DNA from: a virus
Taxonomy: Duplodnaviria > Caudoviricetes
Strand: one strand, 5' to 3'
IMG/VR virus record: IMGVR_UViG_2513237176_000002
DNA: 64,000 bases
The first letter of the stretch is position 1, and the number at the start of each line of letters is the position of its first letter. Both the position numbers and the translations under genes were made by a program. This document shows positions 32,339 to 41,016 of the stretch, one piece after another. The notes beneath the pieces were generated by a model, which had not been told where the DNA came from, searched no databases, and saw nothing but the letters and a program-made list of their open reading frames with translations.

Positions 32339-33178
32339 ATGAACAACCCCGACCTGCAGCAGTGGCTCCTCGCACCCGACGGCATCGCCACCCGCCTCCG
32401 TGCGCTGCGCGGCAACACCAGAGGAACGGTGATCGCCGAAGCGGCCGGCATGCGCACGTCGAAGCTGTCAAAGCTCGAACTCGCCCAGCAGGAACCGACC
32501 GCCGACGACATTCGAGCCATCGTCGCGGCCGCCGGACAGCCAAAGCGGGTCGCCGACGAACTCGTGGCGAAGCTGGCCGAGAAGCCGCAGGTTCGCAGTT
32601 CGGCGCGGGTGAGCCGGTTCGGGCAGGCCGCCAGCCAGCAACGCCTTAACGCGCTGCTCGCCAAGAGCAGCCACGTCAGGTTGTTCGACGCCACCTACCT
32701 GCCCCGGCCGATGCAAATCCCTGAGTACGCGGCTGCCGTTCTTGAGGCTGCAGGCCGGCTACGGGGCATCACCGACAGCCCAACGCAGGCAGCTGCCGCA
32801 CTCGCGGCCTCATCGCAGTACCTGTACGAACCCAGCCGCACATTCGAGATCGTCATCGCCGAACCGGCCCTGCAATGGGCGGTCCTTCCGGTGGCTGGCA
32901 TGCGCATCCAACTGGAGCGGGTCCTCGACCTGGCGCGGCTGCCGAACGTCGACCTGCGAGTCCTGCCACTCCGCCAGCCCGGCATCGTTCCGCCGCCCTA
33001 CGGGTTCGGTCTCGTAGACGGCGCTGGCTACACCGACGGCCTTGAAGGGCTAGACGACCTCGCCGATGTGCGGCTTGCCGGTCACATCGAGGCGATGGGC
33101 CGCCTCGCAGAGGCATCGGCGGCTGGCAAGGAAGCCAGCAATCTGATCAGGGAAGCGCTCAGGAGGCTCGCGGCATGA
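32339..33178 (+). CDS. XRE HTH + DUF5753 (Scr1 antitoxin-like) regulator
   Basis: SKLSKLELAQQEP HTH; LP..MQ.PEYA..VL, VIAEPAL, MRIQLERV..L..LPNVDLRVLP. Confidence 0.8.
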   Translation: MNNPDLQQWLLAPDGIATRLRALRGNTRGTVIAEAAGMRTSKLSKLELAQQEPTADDIRAIVAAAGQPKRVADELVAKLAEKPQVRSSARVSRFGQAASQQRLNALLAKSSHVRLFDATYLPRPMQIPEYAAAVLEAAGRLRGITDSPTQAAAALAASSQYLYEPSRTFEIVIAEPALQWAVLPVAGMRIQLERVLDLARLPNVDLRVLPLRQPGIVPPPYGFGLVDGAGYTDGLEGLDDLADVRLAGHIEAMGRLAEASAAGKEASNLIREALRRLAA

Positions 33179-33915
33179 CCTTCCGCAGAAACGAGGGCAG
33201 TGGACCGCCGATCGTGCTCATCGCGCAGATGGGTTGCGGCGCCGACATCTGGAAACCCCTGCTGCCGCACCTCGCCGGTCTTGAAGTCGTCACCTACGAC
33301 CGGCCCGGCACCGGTGACACACCGCCGCGGCCGGCACCGAACCCGGCACTGCCGCACAGCGTGTTCGCCGCCGAACTCGCCCAGCTCCTCGACGACCAGC
33401 ACGTGGCCGGTGCGGTCGTGCTGGTCGGGCACTCGTTCGGGGCACTCATTGCCCGCGCGTTCGTCGCCGCCCACCCGGACCGGGCGGCAGGGCTGGTCAT
33501 CGTCGACGGCAGCATCCCGCAGTTCCACCTACACCCCAGCGCCGACCCGAAACTCGACGGGGACGGCTCGGACGCCACCGAAATCGACGTGGTCACCGGC
33601 CAGGTTGAAATCCTGTCCGCACCAACCCCCGACGTGCCCGCGCTGGTTCTGACTCGCACCCACGGCCGGTGGGACGGCGAAAACCCGCCACCCCACCCCG
33701 CCGTCGAAGACCTGTGGCAGGTCAGCCAGCGCCTGCTCGCCCGCGACCTACGCTGCCCGCTGCTGGTCGCCGACAACTCCGGACACCAGATGCAACATGA
33801 AGCGCCCGAGCTCGTCGCCTACGCCATCCGGGCCGTCCACACCGCGGTACGGTCCGGAGGACCCGTGCGCGTCGACCCAGCGGCGGTAGCGGACGCCGGA
33901 GGTCAGCTCGACTAG
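33175..33915 (+). CDS. Alpha/beta hydrolase
   Basis: DRPGTG, GHSFG nucleophile elbow, SGHQMQHEAPE. Confidence 0.9.
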   Translation: MTFRRNEGSGPPIVLIAQMGCGADIWKPLLPHLAGLEVVTYDRPGTGDTPPRPAPNPALPHSVFAAELAQLLDDQHVAGAVVLVGHSFGALIARAFVAAHPDRAAGLVIVDGSIPQFHLHPSADPKLDGDGSDATEIDVVTGQVEILSAPTPDVPALVLTRTHGRWDGENPPPHPAVEDLWQVSQRLLARDLRCPLLVADNSGHQMQHEAPELVAYAIRAVHTAVRSGGPVRVDPAAVADAGGQLD

Positions 33916-33957
33916 CGGCGGCCCGCACCCCACGCGGTGCGGCACGATCGGCTCCGG

Positions 33958-34356
33958 TCAGTCCTCGATCAGCAGCGTTTTCTGGCCGTTCTTCACGCTC
34001 GCATACCAATGCGGTTTGGACGTCATCACGTCAACGTCCATGTGCAGCGCCATCAGCGCCGCTGACGCCCGATCATGGGCGCCGGTCATCTGCTGCAACG
34101 CCACCAGCGAATCCCAGTCCTCCCCGTCGTCAACGATCAGGAACGTCGCCGGATGCTTCAGCAGCAGATCCAGGCGCTCCCGGTCGACCATCCCGGTCTG
34201 GTCGCCAGCCTGCACCAGGCACCACAGCGGGATCAGGACCGCGCCGCCCTCGTCGTCGATCTCGGCGAGGGTCTCACCCACCGCGAGGGAACCGCGCACC
34301 CACGACGTGACCGCGGTGGTGTCGAACACCAGGCAGACGTCACGCGGCTGGGTCAT
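33958..34356 (-). CDS. PIN-like (VapC-like) protein
   Basis: LVFDTTA N-terminal strand, 132 aa, coupled to a small upstream gene; later acidic residues degenerate. Confidence 0.6.
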   Translation of the reverse strand: MTQPRDVCLVFDTTAVTSWVRGSLAVGETLAEIDDEGGAVLIPLWCLVQAGDQTGMVDRERLDLLLKHPATFLIVDDGEDWDSLVALQQMTGAHDRASAALMALHMDVDVMTSKPHWYASVKNGQKTLLIED

Positions 34357-34532
34357 GCGGTCCGGGTGCGCAGGCTCGCCAGGAACGCGGCATTGCCGTC
34401 AGGGTCGCGATGGGCGGCCGCAGACTCGAGCCGTCGGCGCCGGGCGCGGGCTTTGCCCTCGTCGGTGACGGTCATGCCCATCCGCTCGAAAACCTCGTCC
34501 GAGCTGAGCTTCGAACTGGTGTCCTGTTCCAT
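34353..34532 (-). CDS. Small putative antitoxin
   Basis: 59 aa; ATGA overlap with the PIN gene; TACCCT-N6-ATG leaderless start. Confidence 0.55.
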   Translation of the reverse strand: MEQDTSSKLSSDEVFERMGMTVTDEGKARARRRRLESAAAHRDPDGNAAFLASLRTRTA

Positions 34533-34580
34533 GGTCCCAGGGTAGACCGCATCCCTTGCCAAGCGGTATCGGCTGCCTGC

Positions 34581-34898
34581 CTACAACACCCCGAAGTGCA
34601 AGAACACGACGCAGTGCTCGTCCTCCCGCACCTCGTAGTAGGCGACGACAGGGCGCCCGTCGACGTGCACAGGCAGCCGATACAGGTCGAAGACCCTGGC
34701 GCGGACCCCGAACCAGTCTTCGAACGGACCCTCCTCGTTGAGGAACGGGTCGGTGTCGGCGTACGGGGCGTCCTGGCGGCTGTAGTGCCAGCGCTCGACT
34801 TCCGCAATTACCTCCGGGGGAGGCAGTGTGCAGTTCCTCCAGTCGCGCACCGCCTCCGGGAAGTTGTCCAGCCGCCATTTGTCGGGCCAGTCGGGCAT
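34581..34898 (-). CDS. RelE/ParE-like small protein (putative toxin)
   Basis: 105 aa, N-terminal helices then VVAYYEVREDEHCVVFLHF strands; GAAGGAG RBS. Confidence 0.5.
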   Translation of the reverse strand: MPDWPDKWRLDNFPEAVRDWRNCTLPPPEVIAEVERWHYSRQDAPYADTDPFLNEEGPFEDWFGVRARVFDLYRLPVHVDGRPVVAYYEVREDEHCVVFLHFGVL

Positions 34899-34918
34899 GC
34901 GTGCTCCTTCGGGCGGGA

Positions 34919-35365
34919 TCAGCCCCCGGTGTGCGCCTTCCGCCGGGCGGCGAAGTCCTCTGCTTCGCCCGCGGTGGGTGAGCTCTGGCGTTCGGCGGGG
35001 CGCCGGAACCAGTCGGTCAACCACGTCCACTCGATGCGGGGGTCATCGTCGTGGCGGCTAGCCAGCTGCCAGGCGCTGGAGATCTGCACCAGGGACAGCA
35101 GGTCGGCGTCGCTCATGTCGGCGTACCGGTGCAGGGTGTAGCCGATGAACCCGAGTTGCCGGTTATTCAGCGGCGCCTCGTCGGTGTCGACATCGACGTG
35201 CACCCCGGTCGGGGTGGCGAAGATCGGCTCGGCGAACAGTGGGGCGCCTGTGCCGGCAAGGTAGTGGCCTTGGCAGAAGAACAGCAGCAGCTGTTTGCGG
35301 GCTTCGGTCTGGTCAGGGCGTCGTGCGTCTATGGCTTTGATGACGGAGTTGGCGCTCGAAGTCAT
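34919..35365 (-). CDS. Panacea/DUF4065 (SocA-like) antitoxin
   Basis: ANSVIKAI......KQLLLFFCQGHYLA..GAPLFAEPIFA...G...Y......L......AW; TACCGT-N6-ATG leaderless start. Confidence 0.7.
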   Translation of the reverse strand: MTSSANSVIKAIDARRPDQTEARKQLLLFFCQGHYLAGTGAPLFAEPIFATPTGVHVDVDTDEAPLNNRQLGFIGYTLHRYADMSDADLLSLVQISSAWQLASRHDDDPRIEWTWLTDWFRRPAERQSSPTAGEAEDFAARRKAHTGG

Positions 35366-35607
35366 CGGTGCACGGTACTGCTCACGGTGAGATCGAATCG
35401 TTCCGCTTTGCAGGCCACCCACCCATTGGTCGTCTGGCTGATTGGGGGGTCGGTTGATCGTTGAGGTGGTCATCTGCGTGCCCCCGTTCGCGCCGCCGTC
35501 AACACGAAAGGTATCGATGTGATTACTCAGGGTGTGTCGGATCGAGGACTCGTGAGGGTGGGGCATGTTTCCTCCATCTGCAAATAGCGGGGTTGTGATC
35601 AGACGGT

Positions 35608-35946
35608 CTAATTGGCCTCGGTGCGGGTTCCGGCGCGTTGGGTGTTGAGCCACTTCTGATGTTCGAGTTCGGTTGCCAACTCTTCCGCCGTCGGGTCCGA
35701 CTGCTTGGGGCCAAGAACGCGCCATAGGTTGGTCGACGCGCTGACCTCCTCGACCTCGCCGCCGTAGTCGGCCGGCGTGACGGCCGCAATCACGCGAACG
35801 TTGCCGCGTTCATCGCGCTGGATCAGCCAGCCGGCAACCGGGTTGGCAGTCCAGGCTGGTTCGTTCGTCTGCTGGTCCTCGAAGACGTAGACCGCGCGCC
35901 ATCCGTGGGGTGCGGGCTTGAAGTCGATCGTGGTCCAGTCGGTCAT
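35608..35946 (-). CDS. Hypothetical protein
   Basis: GGAG RBS; PA..GWRAVY...PVAGW. Confidence 0.65.
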   Translation of the reverse strand: MTDWTTIDFKPAPHGWRAVYVFEDQQTNEPAWTANPVAGWLIQRDERGNVRVIAAVTPADYGGEVEEVSASTNLWRVLGPKQSDPTAEELATELEHQKWLNTQRAGTRTEAN

Positions 35947-35996
35947 GTCGTACTCCGTTCATCCAAGGTCAAAGGCGCGTCGAGGGGATGCCAGTG

Positions 35997-36167
35997 AGGG
36001 GTCTCGCGTGTGCCCCGCTAAGGGGTCTCAGGGGTCTCGCGTTGAGACCCCTACCGCAACCTGGGGCCCTATACGTAACGATGAATTTGTTGTTTACCTG
36101 GGGAAACGCAAACGCGATCTTGAGGTTTTTTGGCTGAGGGGTCTCAAACCGAGACCCCTAGACCCCT
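35997..36167. repeat. Iteron cluster / putative origin 2 (6 x AGGGGTCTC plus 1 partial) with AT-rich core
   Basis: Forward at 35997, 36021, 36030, 36137; reverse at 36044, 36151; partial at 36160; AT-rich stretch 36070-36096. Confidence 0.8.
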
Positions 36168-37573
36168 TAACGTGAAAAGTATTTGTGTCCGCTCTGGCCG
36201 CGGTACGCGATGCCTTCGACGCGGATCTCACCGGCGACCTCCAGTACGTCAACCGCCTGATCCATAAGAGAGCCGAGCGCCCCGAGCTTGCCCCGCAGCT
36301 TCGCACCCGAGACACCCTCGTTGCCCGCAACGCGGATGTAGCGCCGCACCCGGTCGACAGCCCGCCTCAGCCGCTCAGCCTCAACCCGCTCTTCGACGAC
36401 CAGCGTGCGTTGCGCTTCGGCTTCACCGGTACGCCGGTTTTGGTCGCGGCCAACCTCCTGCAGCGCCCGTTGACAACGGCCCCGCTGATCATCGGACTCG
36501 GCCATGACCGCGCCCGACAATTCCCAGTCCTCGTCGAGGATGCTGGTTCGCCCGTCGAGGATTGCCAGGGCTGCCGCGACCTTCTCGCGAGTGAGCAACG
36601 CGTGCCCGTCCAAGGCGTCGCCGTCACCGCGTCGGCGGGCCTTGCGGGCGGCGATGATGGTTTCGCGGGCGGCTTCGCAGATCGGCATGACCTTACGCTC
36701 GTTGCGCCCGTGCCCGGTGAACGGCAGCTCGGTCCAGTTCGGCGCCTGCCACACAACTGGGGTGGGCTCCTCCACATCGTCGTCCGGGGCGTCCGGGTCG
36801 TCGCAGGACAGCCACACGAACCGCTGCGGCGTGCCGCCGTCGATCTCGTCGTCGTTGAGTAGCACCCCAGACCGCTTTGGCTGAATGCCCGCCAGCAGGC
36901 ACAGCCGGTACGAATGCTCCGGCACCATGAGCCGTTTCGTCTCGTCCACGTAGAAGAACCCGAGTTGCTCACCCATGGCGGCCTGCCGCAGCTGCGGCAT
37001 GATGGTGGAGGATTGGCGGCCCTTGAGCGAGGCAAGGGTGTCGATCTCCTGAATGGTGACGATGGCGTTGGCGTTCACCATCTCGATCTCGCCTTTGACG
37101 TTGCGCATGAACATGTGGGCAATGCCCTCGCCGGAACCCAGCGGGTACACCGGGGCAACCCGCTGGTCGAGGTCCACGGCTTGCTTGGCGACTTTCTCCG
37201 AGGCGCCCTTGGCTGCTCCTGCCGCGCCGACGAGGCCGATGAACAGGTTCAGCGATGCTTCGGTGCCGACGATTGCTGGGAGTTGGATTCGAGGCGGGGT
37301 CGCAGCGACTACGTGTGCAAGAACGGCGCCCAAGGTGGCCCACGGTGCGACGAGTCGAGCGCGGGCGAACTGCTGGATATGGGTGAGGATCGGCCTGCTC
37401 TTCCAGAAGTGCTCGCGCACGTTGTCGATCCGGTCCGCCTCGGCGGCCGTGAGAACGCCGCGCATCACAGGAGCGGTGCGCTCGGGGGTGACCGGCACCG
37501 GTTCGTCGGCCGGAGGTGCGCTTTCGTTGAGAAGCTCGTTGTCCCAGTGGACTGCGGTGGGGTCGTAGGTCAC
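36167..37573 (-). CDS. DUF3987/YfjI-like replication ATPase with C-terminal wHTH, no primase domain
   Basis: LNLFIGLVGAAGAAKG, GSGEGI, IQEIDTL, AGIQP, GTPQRF; C-terminal HTH-like segment. Confidence 0.75.
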   Translation of the reverse strand: MTYDPTAVHWDNELLNESAPPADEPVPVTPERTAPVMRGVLTAAEADRIDNVREHFWKSRPILTHIQQFARARLVAPWATLGAVLAHVVAATPPRIQLPAIVGTEASLNLFIGLVGAAGAAKGASEKVAKQAVDLDQRVAPVYPLGSGEGIAHMFMRNVKGEIEMVNANAIVTIQEIDTLASLKGRQSSTIMPQLRQAAMGEQLGFFYVDETKRLMVPEHSYRLCLLAGIQPKRSGVLLNDDEIDGGTPQRFVWLSCDDPDAPDDDVEEPTPVVWQAPNWTELPFTGHGRNERKVMPICEAARETIIAARKARRRGDGDALDGHALLTREKVAAALAILDGRTSILDEDWELSGAVMAESDDQRGRCQRALQEVGRDQNRRTGEAEAQRTLVVEERVEAERLRRAVDRVRRYIRVAGNEGVSGAKLRGKLGALGSLMDQAVDVLEVAGEIRVEGIAYRGQSGHKYFSR

Positions 37574-37926
37574 GCGGCCACCTGCGCAGGTGGGGTGTCG
37601 CGACCCCGGAAGTCGCCGGGCCGTGGAAGTCGTGCAGCGGCATCAGCCTCCGCACGCTCGGCGGCTTGGTCGTACCAGCGGCCCAGCGTGAACACCTTCG
37701 GCGGAGGCCAGGTTGCGTTCTCTTCGTCCACGCGCGCCCGATAGCCGGCGTGGAAGCCGCCGGCCTCTGTGATGCCGAGTTCGTACCCCGACTGGAAGGC
37801 GGCGTGGATCAGCCACGCGGCTTGCGCGCGATCGAAGCTGTCCTGGGTCCGAAGCGCCTGGGCGACGCGGTCGGCGTCGGGTTCTGGCGGAGACTCCCGC
37901 TGCGGGGTGCCATCAGTTACCGTCAT
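37570..37926 (-). CDS. Small RPGDFRG-motif protein (paralog of 10387-10698)
   Basis: TQDSFDRAQAAWL...EENA.WPP..VF.LGRWYDQA.ERA.ADA.AR.PRPGDFRG...QVAA. Confidence 0.8.
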   Translation of the reverse strand: MTVTDGTPQRESPPEPDADRVAQALRTQDSFDRAQAAWLIHAAFQSGYELGITEAGGFHAGYRARVDEENATWPPPKVFTLGRWYDQAAERAEADAAARLPRPGDFRGRDTPPAQVAA

Positions 37927-37990
37927 GGAGACTCCTGCGTACGAGTTAGTGCGCGTCGAGGGCCGTGGTGATTGAGCACCGCGGCCCTTG

Positions 37991-38299
37991 TCATTTCTGG
38001 GGTTCGGCTGGCGCAGGGGCAGGCCAGGTGATCGAAAACCCCATTGCGCGGGCTTCGTCGGCCCACTGCAGAAGCCGGAGCAGGTAGGGCCGCATGTTGC
38101 GGGGGCCGGGCCGATTGTTCTCCCAGTTGCTCATCGAGCCGTCCGTGACGCCGAACTCGGCGGCGGCTTGTTCTTGAGTGAGTCCCTGGCTGCGGCGTAG
38201 CAGCTTGCGGATCGCAGGCGGCGGAAGAAGTTCGGCAGGGTCTTCCGCCGGTGGAGGGCTGATGTTTGCGCTGGTGCGCGTATTGGTGGTGATGGTCAT
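37991..38299 (-). CDS. XRE/Cro-like HTH regulator
   Basis: LRRSQGLTQEQAAAEFGVTDGSMSNWENN..P; TAGTCT-N7-ATG. Confidence 0.85.
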   Translation of the reverse strand: MTITTNTRTSANISPPPAEDPAELLPPPAIRKLLRRSQGLTQEQAAAEFGVTDGSMSNWENNRPGPRNMRPYLLRLLQWADEARAMGFSITWPAPAPAEPQK

Positions 38300-38494
38300 G
38301 GACACGAGACTACATCCCTGACGCGGGATTCTCTAGGTATCCCTCGCCAGGCGTGTTACTGTTCCACCTATGCCCACGACGGTTGCCGCTCTGCGCCCCG
38401 ACACCCTCCCCACCCCCGCCAGCACCACCACAGCGGAGGCGGAAGGGTGGATGGAGCGCGCCCAGCCGGCGGTTGCCGGGCCGGCGGTGACGGC

Positions 38495-39526
38495 ATGAAC
38501 AGCCGCCAGCACCTCGCCGAAGACCTCGAACGCCTCAAGAAGCGCACCCAGCAAGTCGGCTGGGTCGCCTGGTTCGTCGCGATCTTCGTCATGATCTACG
38601 GGACGCCGATCGTCTACGGGCTCGCCACCGCCCACGGCATCCCCGCCGGGGTCGCCTGGATGCTGTCCCTCGCCGCCGACGGCGCCCTCGTCGTCGGCCT
38701 CATCGCCACACCCGTCCTCGCCCAGCTCGGCGTCAAAGCCGGATGGGTAGGCACCCTGCGCTGGGTGTCCGGCGGCATCACCTGGGCACTGCAAACCGCG
38801 TCCAGCTGGATCGCCGTGAACGGCCCCGACTGGGTTGGTGTCGGCGTTCACACCGCCGGGCCGGCGCTCCTGTTCTTCGTCGTCGAAGCCGCCAGCTACT
38901 TCCAGCGGAAGGTCTCGACGGCGATCGAGACGAAAGCCCGCGCGCTTGCGGCAGCGGAACAGTCCGACGCCGACCGGCGCACTCACCTCGCCGAAACCGA
39001 AGGAGCCCTGCGGGCCCGCACCGCGGAGCTAACCGCCGCACGTGCCGAGATTGAATCGCTTGCTGAACGGCTTACGGCAATCGGCCAGCACGCTGACAGC
39101 ACCAAGACCGAACTGGCCCTCACCGGTCAGCGGTACGAGAACGAGATCGCGTCGCTGCGGCAAGCTCTCACCGACCAGCGGAACACCCTTACCGCCGAGC
39201 ACGACGAGACAGTGCGTCGGCTCCGGGAGAAGCACCGGGAAGCCCTCACCGCCGCCCGCGCGGAAACCAAGACGGTAAGCCTTACCGCCTACCGCAACCG
39301 GGCCGCCGGCGGAACCCGATCCGCAGCCACCGGTAAGGCCGAGCTGAGCGACGAAGACGCAGTTCAGATGATGCTTACCGCCCACGCCGACCCGAACCAT
39401 GAGTGGTCGAAGAACGCGGTCCGCACCCTGACCGGTGTGGGCCTCAACAGGGCGCCGAAGCTCATCGGCCTTTGGCTTACCGCTGCCACCGAGAAGGCGA
39501 CCGGCAGTAAGGCGGTCGGTGAGTGA
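38495..39526 (+). CDS. SpdB/DUF2637-like membrane protein with coiled coil and C-terminal HTH
   Basis: 4 TM segments (LSLAADGAL, HTAGPALLF), long coiled coil, WSKNAVRTLTGVGLNRA. Confidence 0.7.
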   Translation: MNSRQHLAEDLERLKKRTQQVGWVAWFVAIFVMIYGTPIVYGLATAHGIPAGVAWMLSLAADGALVVGLIATPVLAQLGVKAGWVGTLRWVSGGITWALQTASSWIAVNGPDWVGVGVHTAGPALLFFVVEAASYFQRKVSTAIETKARALAAAEQSDADRRTHLAETEGALRARTAELTAARAEIESLAERLTAIGQHADSTKTELALTGQRYENEIASLRQALTDQRNTLTAEHDETVRRLREKHREALTAARAETKTVSLTAYRNRAAGGTRSAATGKAELSDEDAVQMMLTAHADPNHEWSKNAVRTLTGVGLNRAPKLIGLWLTAATEKATGSKAVGE

Positions 39527-39570
39527 GCCGCCGCCAACCGGTACGCCCCTACCGCAGCCACACCGGTGAG
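39119..39570. repeat. Cluster of CTYACCG heptamers within and after the spdB-like gene
   Basis: CTTACCG/CGGTAAG at 39188, 39273, 39281, 39331, 39374, 39476; CTCACCG/CGGTGAG at 39119, 39167, 39245, 39517, 39564. Confidence 0.65.
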
Positions 39571-39709
39571 CCGAACGGCCGCCGTCCGACTCTCATCGAG
39601 GAGACCTCATGACCTTCGTTCTGGCGTTCGCCGGCACCGTGCTCGCCGCGCTGGCCGTCATCGCCTACGACCTGTACGCCACCCGCAACCCGCTGACTGG
39701 AGACCCGCG

Positions 39710-41016
39710 ATGACGACCATGCCGCGTGAGGTCGCGATGCGCCGGCCCGCGAACGCTCCCGCCCAGCGCAGCAACGTGATCGAGGGCCGGTTCACGGTCC
39801 GCCGTAGCCCTGCCGCGCAGGCCCTGCGGTTCTTGTTTTACCTGGTCACCGCGTTCCTGCTCGCCGGGCTGCTCCTGTCCCTCGGCACCCAAAACCTGCT
39901 CTGACCAGCCCAAACTATTGAAGGAGACCGCCGTGACCGACGCTGCCACCGCCTACGGGCCCGCGCCGCGGGTGCGTCCCACGGGTGCGCCGTCGCGCCC
40001 GGCGGACCCCCGCCCGCACCTGCGGGCTGTGCCGAACCCGGACACTCTGCAACCTGAAACTGCAACGGAGGAGAACACCCCCTCCGGACACGTTTCCGCA
40101 GGCCAGATCGTTTCGGATGACGCGAATCCGGGTGCCGGGCCGTTGCAGATTGCAGGCTGGCGGGCCGCTGTAGCCCGCTCCCGCGACTACTGGACGCCGC
40201 CCGCGATTCACACCGACCAGCCGGCCTCGATGGCGGAACTGGCCGCCTACGCCCGCACCGCGCCGTGGACCGCCCAAACCAGCGGGCCGCTGCGCACCGC
40301 CGGCGTCATCTACGGATACGGCGTCGCCGTGCCGTACACGTACACCACCCGCTACCGCGAATGGGTCGCCCAGCGACCCGGCCGCCTCCTGCTCCACCTC
40401 GGCGGCATCAAACTCGCCGCCATGACCGGCCCCGGCATCTGGCTGGTCGACCACCTCATCTACCCGGCCGCGCACCTCGTCGGCCAGATCCTCCTCTAGA
40501 AAGGACCCCTCGATCATGGCCGGACGTAATCTCGTCGCCGAACGCGAAGGCGTACAGAAAGCCCAGCAGATCTCCATCTACATCCTCGGCTGGGCGGCCC
40601 AGGCCCTCGGCATCGTCGCCGGCGCCTACGCCGCGAACGCGTGGCCGGGCGGCGCCATCCGCTGGGTGTTCAACCTGATGCCCGGTGACTGGCTGATCCC
40701 GCTCACCCTGTTCATCGGGTTCATCGTGTGGGCCATCGACATCATCAACGACCTCACCCCGAACCAGGCAGCCGTGACCTTCGGGTTCATGGCCCCGATC
40801 CTCGCCCAGGGCACCGACAGCACCCTCGCCCTGCGGGTCCGGGACTGGTCGGATGCGCTGCAGGCCGGTGTCGGCGGGCAGATCGCCCCGTGGGTCGGCA
40901 ACGTCGGCGCGGGCTGGCTGTCGGTGGCGCTCATGGCAACCGCCGTCATCATCGGCAAGCGGGTCCTGCAGAAGCAGGCGTCCGCTGCTGGCCGCGGTGG
41001 TGGGGGTGGCCGCTGA
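39710..41016 (+). CDS. Three transfer-region membrane proteins (39710-39904, 39933-40499, 40516-41016)
   Basis: Hydrophobic segments, strong RBSs, co-oriented with traB. Confidence 0.65.
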
